This document shows positions 27,411 to 37,525 of a stretch of DNA of 64,000 bases, piece after piece. Within the stretch, counting starts at the first letter, position 1. The number at the start of each line of letters is the position of its first letter. This DNA comes from Caldisericia bacterium. GTDB lineage: Bacteria > Caldisericota > Caldisericia > JAAYUI01. A program made the position numbers and the translations under genes. The DNA is taken from NCBI GenBank assembly GCA_017992555.1, contig JAGOOK010000003.1, positions 15,776 through 79,775 of the forward strand, given 5' to 3'. The notes beneath the pieces are model-generated. The model was not told the DNA's origin, made no database searches, and saw only the letters and a program-made list of their open reading frames with translations.

Positions 27411-27994
27411 TACTCGGCATACTCTCTGCCTGTTCCCCACAATATGTTTTCGTAGGAAAAGGCAAAAAAGTCCTTTCAAGTCTGGAAATAAATTATTCCA
27501 ACGGTGGCAATAAAACTTTGTCTGCCGCTGTCTCATGTCTTGAACAGGCAAAAATGACAATACAGGATGTTGATTTTTTTCTTGCGCTCTCAGGGCCCGG
27601 CAGTTTGACCGGAATCAGGACTGGTCTTTCGCCAATAAGGGCATGGGGCTATGCTTTGAACAAGCCGGTGATGGCACTTCCAACATGTGATGTCATGACT
27701 CATGGAATCATAAGGCCTGTTGTGGCAATCATTCCTTCAAGAACAAATGAATACTGGGTGCAGACGTTTACGGACAACATGAGTGAAGTGCCGATGATTA
27801 TTAGTGCGAGCTCACTTGATGCTTATGATATCGAAGGATATACGTGGATGTCCCCAAAAGAACTTTCACCAACCAACGCGAGCTTTGTACTGTCTTCTCC
27901 AAAACCGGAGCAGGCACTTGAGCTTTCCTTGGGAACGCAGGCCCAGTCATGGATGAGGGCCTTGCCGAAATATCTTTTCGAGATGGAAATATGA
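27389..27994 (+). CDS. tsaB: tRNA t6A37 biosynthesis protein TsaB
   Basis: 201 aa with LSGPGSLTGIRTGLSPIRAWGYALNKPV, the TsaB/YeaZ signature. Confidence 0.85.
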   Translation: MAENNKVVLGILSACSPQYVFVGKGKKVLSSLEINYSNGGNKTLSAAVSCLEQAKMTIQDVDFFLALSGPGSLTGIRTGLSPIRAWGYALNKPVMALPTCDVMTHGIIRPVVAIIPSRTNEYWVQTFTDNMSEVPMIISASSLDAYDIEGYTWMSPKELSPTNASFVLSSPKPEQALELSLGTQAQSWMRALPKYLFEMEI

Positions 27995-28434
27995 TAGAGA
28001 TAAGAAGGGCTAAGCCACTTGACTTTGAGAAGGTCTATGAGATCGAGTGCCTTGTAAAAAAACAGCCGTGGGGAATGTTGGATTTTTATGATGATTTCAT
28101 TAATAATCCCAGATCCATCTGGTACATTGCAGAAAAAGAAGGAAAGATAATTGGTTTTGGCGGCATGTGGAGGGGTGTGGACGAGTTCCACATTGTTAAT
28201 CTGGCGATAACCAATCCGGAGCGTGGAAAAGGCTACGGTAAAGAGCTTGTAAAGAAGATGCTTGAGGACGCCATGTCTGAAAAACCGAACATGGTCCTGC
28301 TTGAAGTCAGGGCGAGCAACGCAGTTGCAAAAAGCCTTTATGTCCAGTTTGGTTTCAGGGAGCTCTATGTGAGAAAAAATTACTACCAGGAAGATGGCGA
28401 GGATGGAATTATTATGGTACTGGAGAGCAAATGA
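27991..28434 (+). CDS. rimI: Ribosomal-protein-alanine N-acetyltransferase (GNAT)
   Basis: Start MIEIRRAKPLD overlaps the tsaB stop (ATGA). GNAT motif RGKGYGKELV. Conserved tsaB-rimI-tsaD context. Confidence 0.8.
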   Translation: MIEIRRAKPLDFEKVYEIECLVKKQPWGMLDFYDDFINNPRSIWYIAEKEGKIIGFGGMWRGVDEFHIVNLAITNPERGKGYGKELVKKMLEDAMSEKPNMVLLEVRASNAVAKSLYVQFGFRELYVRKNYYQEDGEDGIIMVLESK

Positions 28435-29429
28435 TATCACTAGGGATTGAAACATCATGCGATGACACCTCTGTCGGCATTGTGGACCAGTCTGGCAAGA
28501 TCCTTGCGCAGATAAGGGCCTCACAGGACAGGGTACATCAAGTTTGGGGTGGAATAGTGCCAGAACTCGCCTCGAGAGCCCACCTTGAAAATATCCTTCC
28601 AGTTGTTGACATGGCCCTCAGGGAATCAATGGTTCGCCCTGATGATGTTGACATTATCACCTGTGCTTATGGACCGGGTCTTGTTGGCAGTCTTCTGGTT
28701 GGGATAGAAACAGCAAAGGCCCTTTCTCTGGCATGGGACAAGCCACTTATTGGCGTCAATCATCTGAGGGGTCACCTGGCCGCTGTAATGCTTGCGTGTC
28801 CGGAAATGGCGATGCCATCGCTTGGTCTCCTTGTTTCCGGGGGGCATTCAGAAGTCATTTATGTTGAGCCGGATTCTACTGTCAAAATGCTTGGAGAAAC
28901 CAGAGATGATGCCGCTGGTGAAACACTCGACAAGTTTGGAAGGGTGCTTGGTCTTGCTTATCCGGCCGGCCCTGAAATAGACAGGATGACCTTTATTGGC
29001 GACCAGAATGCAATACAGTTCCCTGTGACAAAACTGAAAGATGGAAGCATGGATTTCAGTTTTTCCGGCCTCAAGACTGCAGGTGTGAGGGCCATAGAAA
29101 AACACCCTGAAATGTCAAAGGAAGATTTGGCTTCATCTTTCATGAAGGCTGTTGTTGACCAGCTACTCGACAGATTGCTCTTGGCAATTGAAAAAACAGA
29201 GGCCAAATCAATCTTTATAGTCGGAGGCGTTGCTTCAAGCGCATACCTTAAAGAGCGTGTAAACAAACTTGGCGACTCAGTTGGACTTCCGGTTTTTGTT
29301 CCCCCGCCCTCCCTTTGTACCGATAATGGATCAATGATAGCCTATTGCGGGTTTCTCTATCAACAGCTTGGGAAAAAATCCGGGCTCGATCTCCAGCCAC
29401 AATCCAGATTGCCGATTACGGCCATGTGA
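28431..29429 (+). CDS. tsaD: tRNA N6-adenosine threonylcarbamoyltransferase TsaD
   Basis: 332 aa with LGIETSCDDTSVGIV, HLRGHL, GPGLVGSLLVG. Confidence 0.95.
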   Translation: MISLGIETSCDDTSVGIVDQSGKILAQIRASQDRVHQVWGGIVPELASRAHLENILPVVDMALRESMVRPDDVDIITCAYGPGLVGSLLVGIETAKALSLAWDKPLIGVNHLRGHLAAVMLACPEMAMPSLGLLVSGGHSEVIYVEPDSTVKMLGETRDDAAGETLDKFGRVLGLAYPAGPEIDRMTFIGDQNAIQFPVTKLKDGSMDFSFSGLKTAGVRAIEKHPEMSKEDLASSFMKAVVDQLLDRLLLAIEKTEAKSIFIVGGVASSAYLKERVNKLGDSVGLPVFVPPPSLCTDNGSMIAYCGFLYQQLGKKSGLDLQPQSRLPITAM

Positions 29430-29482
29430 TTCGTTGACAAGTTAAATCCGAAGGTTAAAATGATTTTGACCAAGGAGGTTAA

Positions 29483-30220
29483 ATGAGTAATCAAGTGCCG
29501 CCAAACAAGAAGAAAATCTTGGTTATAGACGATGAACACAGGATCGTCGAGACCATAACATACAACCTGAGGGCCGAAGGCTATACGGTTTTTACAGCTG
29601 CAACAGCTGAAGAAGGTCTTGAACAGCTCAGGAGGAGACAGCCTGATCTGGTTGTCCTTGATCTCATGCTTCCTGGAATGAGTGGCACCGATTTTTTACG
29701 CATAATACGCCAAGAGTCGCAAGTTCCTGTTATTATCCTTACTGCAAAAACATCTGAAATAGACAAAGTTGTCAACCTGAAGATGGGTTCTGACGACTAC
29801 ATGACAAAACCGTACTCGTTTGTTGAACTCCTTGCGAGGATTGAAGCTCTGCTGAGACGTACCAACCAGGCTCCAAAGATTGCCGAGGAGAGGGCACCAG
29901 AAGAGATCAGGGTTGGCGACCTCTACATGAACTACTCGAAGAGGGAATGCGTCATAAATGGCAAACCAGTCAACCTTGGCTATAAAGAATTTGAGATACT
30001 ATGGTTCCTTGCAAGCAATCCGGACAAGGTTTTCAGAAGAGACGACATCATGAGCAAGGTCTGGGGCATCGAGGGCATTCCACTTGATACGAAGACGGTT
30101 GATGTGCATATCCGCTGGATCCGCAAAAAAATCGAGCCAGAGCCAGAGAACCCAAAATACATAGAAACTGTGAGGGGCGTGGGTTATAAATTCTCCACGC
30201 ACAAGGCATCTGAAAATTGA
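29483..30220 (+). CDS. OmpR-family two-component response regulator
   Basis: Receiver domain (ILVIDDE...DLVVLDLMLPG...TAK) plus a winged-helix output domain (ETVRGVGYKF). Confidence 0.92.
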   Translation: MSNQVPPNKKKILVIDDEHRIVETITYNLRAEGYTVFTAATAEEGLEQLRRRQPDLVVLDLMLPGMSGTDFLRIIRQESQVPVIILTAKTSEIDKVVNLKMGSDDYMTKPYSFVELLARIEALLRRTNQAPKIAEERAPEEIRVGDLYMNYSKRECVINGKPVNLGYKEFEILWFLASNPDKVFRRDDIMSKVWGIEGIPLDTKTVDVHIRWIRKKIEPEPENPKYIETVRGVGYKFSTHKASEN

Positions 30221-31998
30221 ACCTTTGGGTTAGGCTATTTCTAACCTTCCTTGTTTGCCTTTCACTGACCCTCTCGATGCTGGGGGTCTTTTTTGCATTG
30301 ACCTTCAGGGACTATTACGAAACAGAGCTTTTCAATAGAATGCTTTTCCAGGCTGATGTCCTGGAGCCTCGCCTGAAGTCGTTTATCTTGAGTGGGAACC
30401 CTTTTGGGGTCAATGATTTTCTCAAGGAAGAATCGAATAAATTCCCTTTGCTTGGCCTTTCCCTGCTGGATTCAAATGGAAAAGTCATATCATCAACATG
30501 GGGGCAAAAGGGTGATGACTGGTCTGGTTTTCCAGAAGTTGCCTCTGTATTGAAAAGGGAAAACGGTTTCAACATCAGGACCTTTGACTTCGAAAAACAG
30601 GCCTTTGTTGCGACCCCTATTGTGTCTGATCAGGAAATTGTTGGAATAATTGTCATGAGAAGCTCGATGGAGCCGGTTAGTGCTGGCACTAGTCAGGTTA
30701 TAAGATTCATTATCGGCACATTCCTCATAGCCCTGCTTGCGGGAGTCCTCATGGTTTATTCGTCGGTGCGAATACAGACACAGCCTTTGCAAAGCCTCAT
30801 TGAGTCCGCAAGGAGCATAAGCCTGGGGAATCTTGATGAAACGTTTGAATCGAAGTCAAGTGACGAGGTTGGCCAGCTTGGAAGGGTCTTGCAGATAATG
30901 GTGACACGGCTCAAGAGTGCCCTCAGAGAAGCAGGCGAGGAGAGGAGCCGTTTTCAGGCTATTTTTTCAAACATGGTTGACGGTCTGTTGCTGATTGACG
31001 GCAATGGCAAGATCTTGCTTGCAAACAACTCCTTTCTCACGATTTTTGGGGTTTCTTTCAAGGACATAATTGGTCTGCAGGTTGATAACTCTGTTTTGCC
31101 GCTCCAGCTCTCGGCAATCATCCTCAGGGGTGAGGATGGGGTTGATTCAGAGATGATTCTGGAGAAACCAGCCAAAAGGGTCCTCAGAATAAGGACAGCA
31201 ACTATCGAACAGGATGGTTGTGCCATAGGCACCCTTTCAATATGCGAAGACATTACGCGCATGAAGCTGCTGGAATCGTCAGAGCAGGAGTTTGTCCAGT
31301 ATATAAGCCATGAACTGAAGACCCCGCTTGCTTCTCTTTCGGCCAGCATTGAAACGATAACAACAAAGGCAAAACACGATCCAGACGCACAGGCCAAGTT
31401 CCTGGGCAACATGGGTGAAGACGTCCACAGACTCACCGATCTTGTAAATTCGATTCTCACTTATCAGCGAATCAGGGACACTGGCGAACAGATGTTCAAA
31501 TTTGGGGCAGTCGAGATGGTGTTGGATGTCCACGGCAGGTTCTTGGCCTATGCGAACAAAAGAAAAATACATTTCGATTTTGAGGTCCCCGACGACGAGG
31601 TGTATGTTATTGCCAATAAGGACAGAATAATACAGGTTTTGATTAACTTCATCGATAATGCGATAAGATTTACTCCAGAGGGGGGCAAAGTTATTGTTGG
31701 TATCAAGGATACACCTGATTCAAGAAGGGTGAAGTTCTATGTTTCAGACACCGGGATAGGAATTCCAAGCGAATACATCAGGAAAATTGGGGAAAGATTT
31801 ATTAAAATCCCCAGGAAAGACCATAAATTTGATACCCAGGTCGGGCTTGGGGTTTCTATATGCAAGGAAATCCTCAGGCGTCATGGAAGCCAGCTTGAGG
31901 TGGTGTCTGAAGAAGGCAAAGGTACGACCTTTAGTTTCTATCTCAAGAGGGCTACTCAGTCAAACTCGAGGGAAAAATCCGCTGATTTGACAGAGTGA
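30217..31998 (+). CDS. Sensor histidine kinase (2 TM, HAMP, PAS, HisKA, HATPase_c)
   Basis: H-box ISHELKTPL, N-box FIDNAIRFTP, G-boxes SDTGIGI and GLGVSICK. Overlaps the regulator gene by 4 nt. Confidence 0.92.
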   Translation: MNLWVRLFLTFLVCLSLTLSMLGVFFALTFRDYYETELFNRMLFQADVLEPRLKSFILSGNPFGVNDFLKEESNKFPLLGLSLLDSNGKVISSTWGQKGDDWSGFPEVASVLKRENGFNIRTFDFEKQAFVATPIVSDQEIVGIIVMRSSMEPVSAGTSQVIRFIIGTFLIALLAGVLMVYSSVRIQTQPLQSLIESARSISLGNLDETFESKSSDEVGQLGRVLQIMVTRLKSALREAGEERSRFQAIFSNMVDGLLLIDGNGKILLANNSFLTIFGVSFKDIIGLQVDNSVLPLQLSAIILRGEDGVDSEMILEKPAKRVLRIRTATIEQDGCAIGTLSICEDITRMKLLESSEQEFVQYISHELKTPLASLSASIETITTKAKHDPDAQAKFLGNMGEDVHRLTDLVNSILTYQRIRDTGEQMFKFGAVEMVLDVHGRFLAYANKRKIHFDFEVPDDEVYVIANKDRIIQVLINFIDNAIRFTPEGGKVIVGIKDTPDSRRVKFYVSDTGIGIPSEYIRKIGERFIKIPRKDHKFDTQVGLGVSICKEILRRHGSQLEVVSEEGKGTTFSFYLKRATQSNSREKSADLTE

Positions 31999-32786
31999 GT
32001 CAAAAAGCCCATCGAAATCACATCAACTCCTGATTCGGCATAATCCCTTGCGTTTTGTGGCGTTATCTTGCCAGAGGCCTCAAGAATAACGTGAGGTGGC
32101 TTCATTCTGACGATTTCTTTTATCTGGTCTGGGGTCATGTTGTCGAGCATGACAATATCTGCTCCAGCGTCAAAGGCCTCTTTTGCCTCGCTTGCGCAGG
32201 TTACCTCGACTTCCACTTTCATGACATGGGAAACTTTTGATTTTGCGAGCAAGACTGCTTTTGAAACGGACCCTACCGCCCTGATGTGGTTGTCTTTGAT
32301 AAGAACAAGAGAGGATAAATCCATCCGGTGGTTTGTGCCGCCGCCCACCCTCACTGCATGCCTCTGGATTTCTCTTAGCAAAGGAAGGGTTTTTCTTGTG
32401 TCTGTGACACGGCAGGCTGTCCCCTCGATGCTTTCTACAACAGCCCTTGTTTGTGTGGCAATGCCTGACATGTGGTTCAGGAAATTCAGGGCCACCCTCT
32501 CGGCTGTCAGCATTCCCCTTGTCGGGCCAAATATCCTTGCGGCTGTTTCGCCGGGTTTTATCAAGGTGCCTTCTTTGACGTGAAAATCACACTGTATGAG
32601 TGGGTCGACCTCTTCAAAGGCCATTACAAAGGGGTCTTCTCCGCAGAGGACGCATTCCGACTTACACAGAAGCCTTGCACCTATCATGTCATCTTCCGGC
32701 ACCATGATGGACGAAGTGATGTCGCCCCAGGCAAGATCCTCTTCAAGCGCTTTCCTTACGAGGTTTCTTATAGTCAGCTGTTCCAT
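31956..32786 (-). CDS. nadC: Nicotinate-nucleotide diphosphorylase (quinolinate phosphoribosyltransferase)
   Basis: 276 aa with DTRKTLPLLR, IKDNH, MLDNM motifs. Last gene of nadA-nadB-nadC. Confidence 0.93.
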   Translation of the reverse strand: MEQLTIRNLVRKALEEDLAWGDITSSIMVPEDDMIGARLLCKSECVLCGEDPFVMAFEEVDPLIQCDFHVKEGTLIKPGETAARIFGPTRGMLTAERVALNFLNHMSGIATQTRAVVESIEGTACRVTDTRKTLPLLREIQRHAVRVGGGTNHRMDLSSLVLIKDNHIRAVGSVSKAVLLAKSKVSHVMKVEVEVTCASEAKEAFDAGADIVMLDNMTPDQIKEIVRMKPPHVILEASGKITPQNARDYAESGVDVISMGFLTHSVKSADFSLEFD

Positions 32787-34405
32787 GAATAGCCGTCCTT
32801 TTTGCTTGTTCCAACCTCAATCTCAAGGTACTTTCCGTCAAGTTTTGCCTTGGTGTGCACCCTCAAATTACCCCATATTGCATCTTTGGCCTGGTAATCG
32901 GTCCTCATGTGGCTCCCCCTCGATTCCTTCCTCTCCAGAGAAGACATTGTGATGATCGAGGTGACTGTATACATGTTTGCAAGCTCGAGGGAACCAAGGG
33001 AGGCTGACTCCGGAACAATCATTGTGCCCTGCCTCAATTTTGACAGATGATGTTCCATCTTCTTCTCTTCCCTTACAAGCCCGATGTTGTCCCAGTTCTC
33101 GAGCCTCAATTCTGAACGGGTGTATGGTTCCCTGTCATATTGCGGCTTGAACGGTCTCTCTGGGGGACCAGCTTTTCTTGAGTCTTCAAGCACTGATTTG
33201 GCGCCAAGCGAACCAGTTACAAGTGCTTCCGGGATTGAGTTTGATGCCAGCCTGTTTGCCCCATGCATTCCGTTTGATCCAGCTTCGCCGCAGGCATAAA
33301 GGCCCTTTATGGATGTCCTGCAGGAAAGGTCTGTTTCAATGCCGCCCATCATGTAATGGGCACCAGGTGAAACAGGAATGGGTTGTTGTGTTGGGTCGAA
33401 CCCTGCCTTGAGGCACTGGGAATAAACGGTTGGAAATCTTTTTTGAAAAAATCCTCTTTCAAATTTGGTTGTGTCGAGATAGACCCAAGGTGAACCTGAA
33501 AGTTTCATCTCGTTGAAGCAGGCCCTTGATACAACATCCCTTGGGGCCAGTTCTGCCTTTTCATGGTATCTGGGCATGAACCTTTCCTGCTTGTCATTCA
33601 AGAGAAATGCGCCCTCACCACGTATTGCTTCGGTCACTAGAAATGATTGCCCCTGTATCGCAAAGCACACTGTCGGATGGAATTGCACAAATTCCATGTC
33701 AACAAGTGTTGCGCCTGCACGAAGAGCCATTGCCATTCCATCGCCTGTGGCCACCCGTGGGTTGCTTGTGTAGAAATAGAGCTGGCCGGACCCACCGGTT
33801 GCAATGATTACGTTTGGTGCCGAGAATATGACGTCGTTGTCCTCTATGATGGCGGAAACACCTGCCACTTCACCATTGTCGTCCTGGAGAATGTCAACAA
33901 CAAAAGCCTCTTCAAAAATGGTTGCCTGTGAACCAGTCTTGAGTTGGTCGACCATTGTCTGCGAGATCATTTTTCCGGTCTGGTCCCCGCCGGCGTGGAT
34001 TATTCTTCTTACCGAGTGGAAAGCTTCCCTGCCGAGTATGAAATGGTTTTCATTGTCGAGGTCAAACGGGACGCCCATCTGGTTCAGTTCCTCTATGATC
34101 AAGGGTGTTTGTTCCTCTATCATCTTGACGGCACTTTCGCGGCAAAGGCCATCCCCGGCCTTTATGGTGTCTGATTTCCACAAATCGAGGGAGTCGCCTT
34201 CGCCAAGGGAGGCGGCGAGGCCGCCCTGTGCGTAAAAAGAGTTTGAATCAACCAGTCTTTCTTTGGTTATCAGCGCCACCCTCATTTCCCTTGAGAGCCT
34301 CATGGTGGCGATTACGCCAGCTATTCCTGATCCGACAACGATTGCGTCAAACTCCCAGTTTTCCTTTGCTGAAGAGCCTGCTATGTACCTTGGAATTTTA
34401 ATCAT
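32774..34405 (-). CDS. nadB: L-aspartate oxidase
   Basis: 543 aa with FAD motif DAIVVGSGIAGV, then AQGGLAA, and RGEGAFL. Confidence 0.93.
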   Translation of the reverse strand: MIKIPRYIAGSSAKENWEFDAIVVGSGIAGVIATMRLSREMRVALITKERLVDSNSFYAQGGLAASLGEGDSLDLWKSDTIKAGDGLCRESAVKMIEEQTPLIIEELNQMGVPFDLDNENHFILGREAFHSVRRIIHAGGDQTGKMISQTMVDQLKTGSQATIFEEAFVVDILQDDNGEVAGVSAIIEDNDVIFSAPNVIIATGGSGQLYFYTSNPRVATGDGMAMALRAGATLVDMEFVQFHPTVCFAIQGQSFLVTEAIRGEGAFLLNDKQERFMPRYHEKAELAPRDVVSRACFNEMKLSGSPWVYLDTTKFERGFFQKRFPTVYSQCLKAGFDPTQQPIPVSPGAHYMMGGIETDLSCRTSIKGLYACGEAGSNGMHGANRLASNSIPEALVTGSLGAKSVLEDSRKAGPPERPFKPQYDREPYTRSELRLENWDNIGLVREEKKMEHHLSKLRQGTMIVPESASLGSLELANMYTVTSIITMSSLERKESRGSHMRTDYQAKDAIWGNLRVHTKAKLDGKYLEIEVGTSKKDGYSWNS

Positions 34406-35351
34406 GCATCCTCTCGATTGCTGTCCTTGCTCTGTCAGCTATTTCCTTGTCAACTGTTATCACATGTTTCTCTTCCCGTAGTGATTCCAGGAGTTTTTCC
34501 AGCGTGGTTTTTTTCATGTTTGGACAGGTGATGTTTTTGGTGGCAAGAACAAACCTCTCATTAGGAAACATTTTTTCAAGTCTCTGCTTCATCCCGGTTT
34601 CTGTGGCTATTATAAAGCACCTTCCGGGGTTTTCCTTAACATAGGTTATCATGCCCGATGTTCCGCAGACATGGTCAGAGAGCTCCCTTATTTTTGGATT
34701 TGATTCGGGGTGTGAAACAAGGAGTGCATCTGGATGATAAGCTTTTGTTGTCCTCACCTGGTCTGCATCCATGAGCCAGTGGATTGGGCAGTATCCATTA
34801 AAAATGTGGAGGGTTTTCTTTGTTTTTGAGGCAATCCATGACCCAAGACCCTGGTCGGGGATGAATATTATTTCGTCAGAGTCGATTTTTTCAACGATTT
34901 TCAAAGCGTTTGCCGATGTACAGATGACATCGGACAATGCCTTGACTTCAATGGGGGAGTTGATATAGCAAACAACCCTTGCTTTTGGGTATTTTTTCCT
35001 CATCTCCACAACATCTTCCGGGGTTATCATGTTTGCAAGGGGACAACCGGCCTCCTCGACAGCGATCATGATTTTCTTTTCCGGTGAAAGCACTGATGCT
35101 GTCTCGGCCATAAATTTTACAGCGCAGAACATGATTTTCTTGCTGTCAGATTCCATGGCCTTTTTTGAAAGGTCAAGCGAGTCGCCGACATAATCAGCAA
35201 TTTCCTGAATTTCCATCGGCTGATAGCTGTGGGCAAGTATGAAAATACCCTTTTCTTTTGCGATATTGCGGATTTCACTTTGAAGAGTGCTGGTATCCAT
35301 TGACTCGAATTTAATACATTTGATCTGATTTTCAACAGTCTTGAAAGGCAA
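34398..35351 (-). CDS. nadA: Quinolinate synthase
   Basis: ILAHSYQPMEIQEIADYVGDSL and three conserved Cys contexts. The start is possibly MDTSTLQ at 35300. Confidence 0.92.
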   Translation of the reverse strand: MPFKTVENQIKCIKFESMDTSTLQSEIRNIAKEKGIFILAHSYQPMEIQEIADYVGDSLDLSKKAMESDSKKIMFCAVKFMAETASVLSPEKKIMIAVEEAGCPLANMITPEDVVEMRKKYPKARVVCYINSPIEVKALSDVICTSANALKIVEKIDSDEIIFIPDQGLGSWIASKTKKTLHIFNGYCPIHWLMDADQVRTTKAYHPDALLVSHPESNPKIRELSDHVCGTSGMITYVKENPGRCFIIATETGMKQRLEKMFPNERFVLATKNITCPNMKKTTLEKLLESLREEKHVITVDKEIADRARTAIERMHD

Positions 35352-35378
35352 TGTTTATAAAAATATACTTTTTACGAA

Positions 35379-36416
35379 GTGGAAGACAGAATAATTGATC
35401 CCAATATTGTCCAGGAAGATTCGGACGAGATATCATTAAGGCCGTCCAGGCTTTCGCAATTCATCGGGCAGGAGAGGGTCAAGAAAAATCTCCAGACTTT
35501 CCTTGAGGCCGCCAAAACCAGAGACCCAAAAAAACTAGGCAAGGGCGAGGGTATACTTGATCATATCCTTTTTTATGGCCCACCGGGACTTGGAAAAACG
35601 ACCCTTGCGGTCATTGTGGCCTCTGAACTCGGTGTCTCGCTCAAGAGAACCACCGGCAAGGCGCTGGAGAGGGCCGGTGATGTGGCAGCCATTCTGACTG
35701 GTTTGTCGGAGGGCGACATACTCTTTGTGGATGAAATCCACAGAATGAACCCGCAGATTGAAGAAACATTCTATTCTGCCATGGAAGATTTCAGGTTTGA
35801 TATTGTTCTTGGCAAAGGCCCATCGGCCAGAACAATAACACTCCCACTCAACAGGTTTACACTCATTGGTGCCACAACCAGAATAAGCCTCCTGAGCTCC
35901 CCTCTAAGGGACAGATTTGGCATCATTGAGAGGCTTGAGTATTACACCCCCCCAGAGCTGGCAGAAGTCGCAAAAAGGGCCTCGAAAGCCCTTGGAGTTG
36001 AAATTGACAGGGAGCTTGCCCATCTTCTGGCCAAGAGGGCAAGGGGAACACCAAGGATTGTCCTGAGGCTCCTCAGGAGAGCGAGGGACTTTGCTGTTGT
36101 TTCGGGAACAAATGTCATCGGCAAAGAAGTATTGCTTGAGACGTTCAAGGCCCTTGAAGTCAATGATTTTGGCCTCGACAAAATGGACAGGAGACTTCTC
36201 GAAACAATCATAGAGCGTTTTTCTGGCGGACCAGTCGGGCTGGAAACAATGGCCGCCATCCTTGGGGAAGACAGGGACTCGGTAGAGGACGTCATCGAAC
36301 CATACCTGCTTCAGGAGGGAATGATTGAAAGAACGCCAAGAGGAAGGGTTGTTCTGGAAAAGGGCTATATAGCCTGTGGACTCAAACCAAGAGTCAAAGA
36401 TGATTTCCTCTTCTAA
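35379..36416 (+). CDS. ruvB: Holliday junction branch-migration helicase RuvB
   Basis: GTG start. Has LRPSRLSQFIGQERVK, Walker A GPPGLGKTT, and DEIHR. Confidence 0.95.
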   Translation: MEDRIIDPNIVQEDSDEISLRPSRLSQFIGQERVKKNLQTFLEAAKTRDPKKLGKGEGILDHILFYGPPGLGKTTLAVIVASELGVSLKRTTGKALERAGDVAAILTGLSEGDILFVDEIHRMNPQIEETFYSAMEDFRFDIVLGKGPSARTITLPLNRFTLIGATTRISLLSSPLRDRFGIIERLEYYTPPELAEVAKRASKALGVEIDRELAHLLAKRARGTPRIVLRLLRRARDFAVVSGTNVIGKEVLLETFKALEVNDFGLDKMDRRLLETIIERFSGGPVGLETMAAILGEDRDSVEDVIEPYLLQEGMIERTPRGRVVLEKGYIACGLKPRVKDDFLF

Positions 36417-36981
36417 TCTTCTTCTCCATTGTTGTTGCGGCCCATGTGCCACTGCCTCGATCGACTGTTTTGTCCAGCTTGGCTACAAGGTAGTGCCATA
36501 TTTTTTCAATCCGAACATTGAACCATCAGACGAGCAAAAAAGAAGACTCGATGTTTTTCTGGCTGTTTGCCAGTCAAAAATGCTCACCCCAATAGTTGAA
36601 GATGATCCGAATTATTCCCACAAGCGTGGTTTGGACAGGTGTTTTTCCTGCTACTCCGTTAGGCTTGAAAAGACAAAAATGGCAGCGCAAGAGCTTGGCC
36701 TGGAATTTTTCTCAACATCCCTGCTTATTTCCCCTTATCAGAAGCATGAACTGATAAAACAAGTCGGATCAGGGCTTGAAGGTTTTGTTTATGAAGACCT
36801 GAGGCAATTTTACAAAGATTCACAGCAACAGGCCAAAGAGCTTGGAATTTACAGACAAAAATACTGTGCTTGCCTGGAGAGCCTTGAAGAGTCAAAATGG
36901 CTTGCCAAAAGAAAATCGGAGATGAAAAGGCAAAAATCAGGCCCTACCGAGGAGTGGGTTCCCCGCTGGCTTGTGAAATGA
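36376..36981 (+). CDS. queH: Epoxyqueuosine reductase QueH (DUF208)
   Basis: LLLHCCCGPCA, RCFSCY and YCAC Cys motifs of QueH. The probable start is MISSSN at 36400. Confidence 0.85.
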   Translation: MDSNQESKMISSSNLLLHCCCGPCATASIDCFVQLGYKVVPYFFNPNIEPSDEQKRRLDVFLAVCQSKMLTPIVEDDPNYSHKRGLDRCFSCYSVRLEKTKMAAQELGLEFFSTSLLISPYQKHELIKQVGSGLEGFVYEDLRQFYKDSQQQAKELGIYRQKYCACLESLEESKWLAKRKSEMKRQKSGPTEEWVPRWLVK

Positions 36982-37525
36982 ACCAGTCCTGAAAAGCCCT
37001 TAGGGCTTTCCCGCGATGAGATATTCTGTCTTTTTCTTCAGGCGAAATCTCAGCAGTTGTTTTTTCCCCGTCAAAAATAAATATCGGATCGTAGCCGAAA
37101 CCGTTTGATCCTTTTGGTGTGGTGGCAATTTCGCCTTTTAGTTCGCCTGTGAAGGTGTGTGTGCCGTTCTGGTTGGTGTAGGAGGCCACACAGACAAATT
37201 TCGCCCTTCTGTTTGCCACACCCTCCATTTCTTTCAAGACCCTGATGTTGTTTGCCTCCGGGCCACCGGCGTACCGGGCTGAATATATGCCTGGTCTTCC
37301 ATCCAGTGCCTCCACAACGAGGCCCGAATCTTCGGCAAGTGTGGGTATCCCTGTCTGGGCAAATCCTGCCTCGGATTTCAGCCTTGCGTTTTCCTCGAAT
37401 GTGGACCCAGTCTCCTCAGGCATCTCGACATTATAGTCAGACGCCAGCACAAGCTCTACTTTTGTTAGTATTGCTTGCGCTTCCCTCAATTTGCCAGGGT
37501 TTGATGTTGCAAAAAGAATTTTCAT
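36944..37525 (-). CDS. rdgB: dITP/XTP pyrophosphatase (RdgB/HAM1)
   Basis: Has MKILFATSNPGKLREA and FGYDPIF. Conserved rph-rdgB pairing. Confidence 0.92.
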   Translation of the reverse strand: MKILFATSNPGKLREAQAILTKVELVLASDYNVEMPEETGSTFEENARLKSEAGFAQTGIPTLAEDSGLVVEALDGRPGIYSARYAGGPEANNIRVLKEMEGVANRRAKFVCVASYTNQNGTHTFTGELKGEIATTPKGSNGFGYDPIFIFDGEKTTAEISPEEKDRISHRGKALRAFQDWFISQASGEPTPR

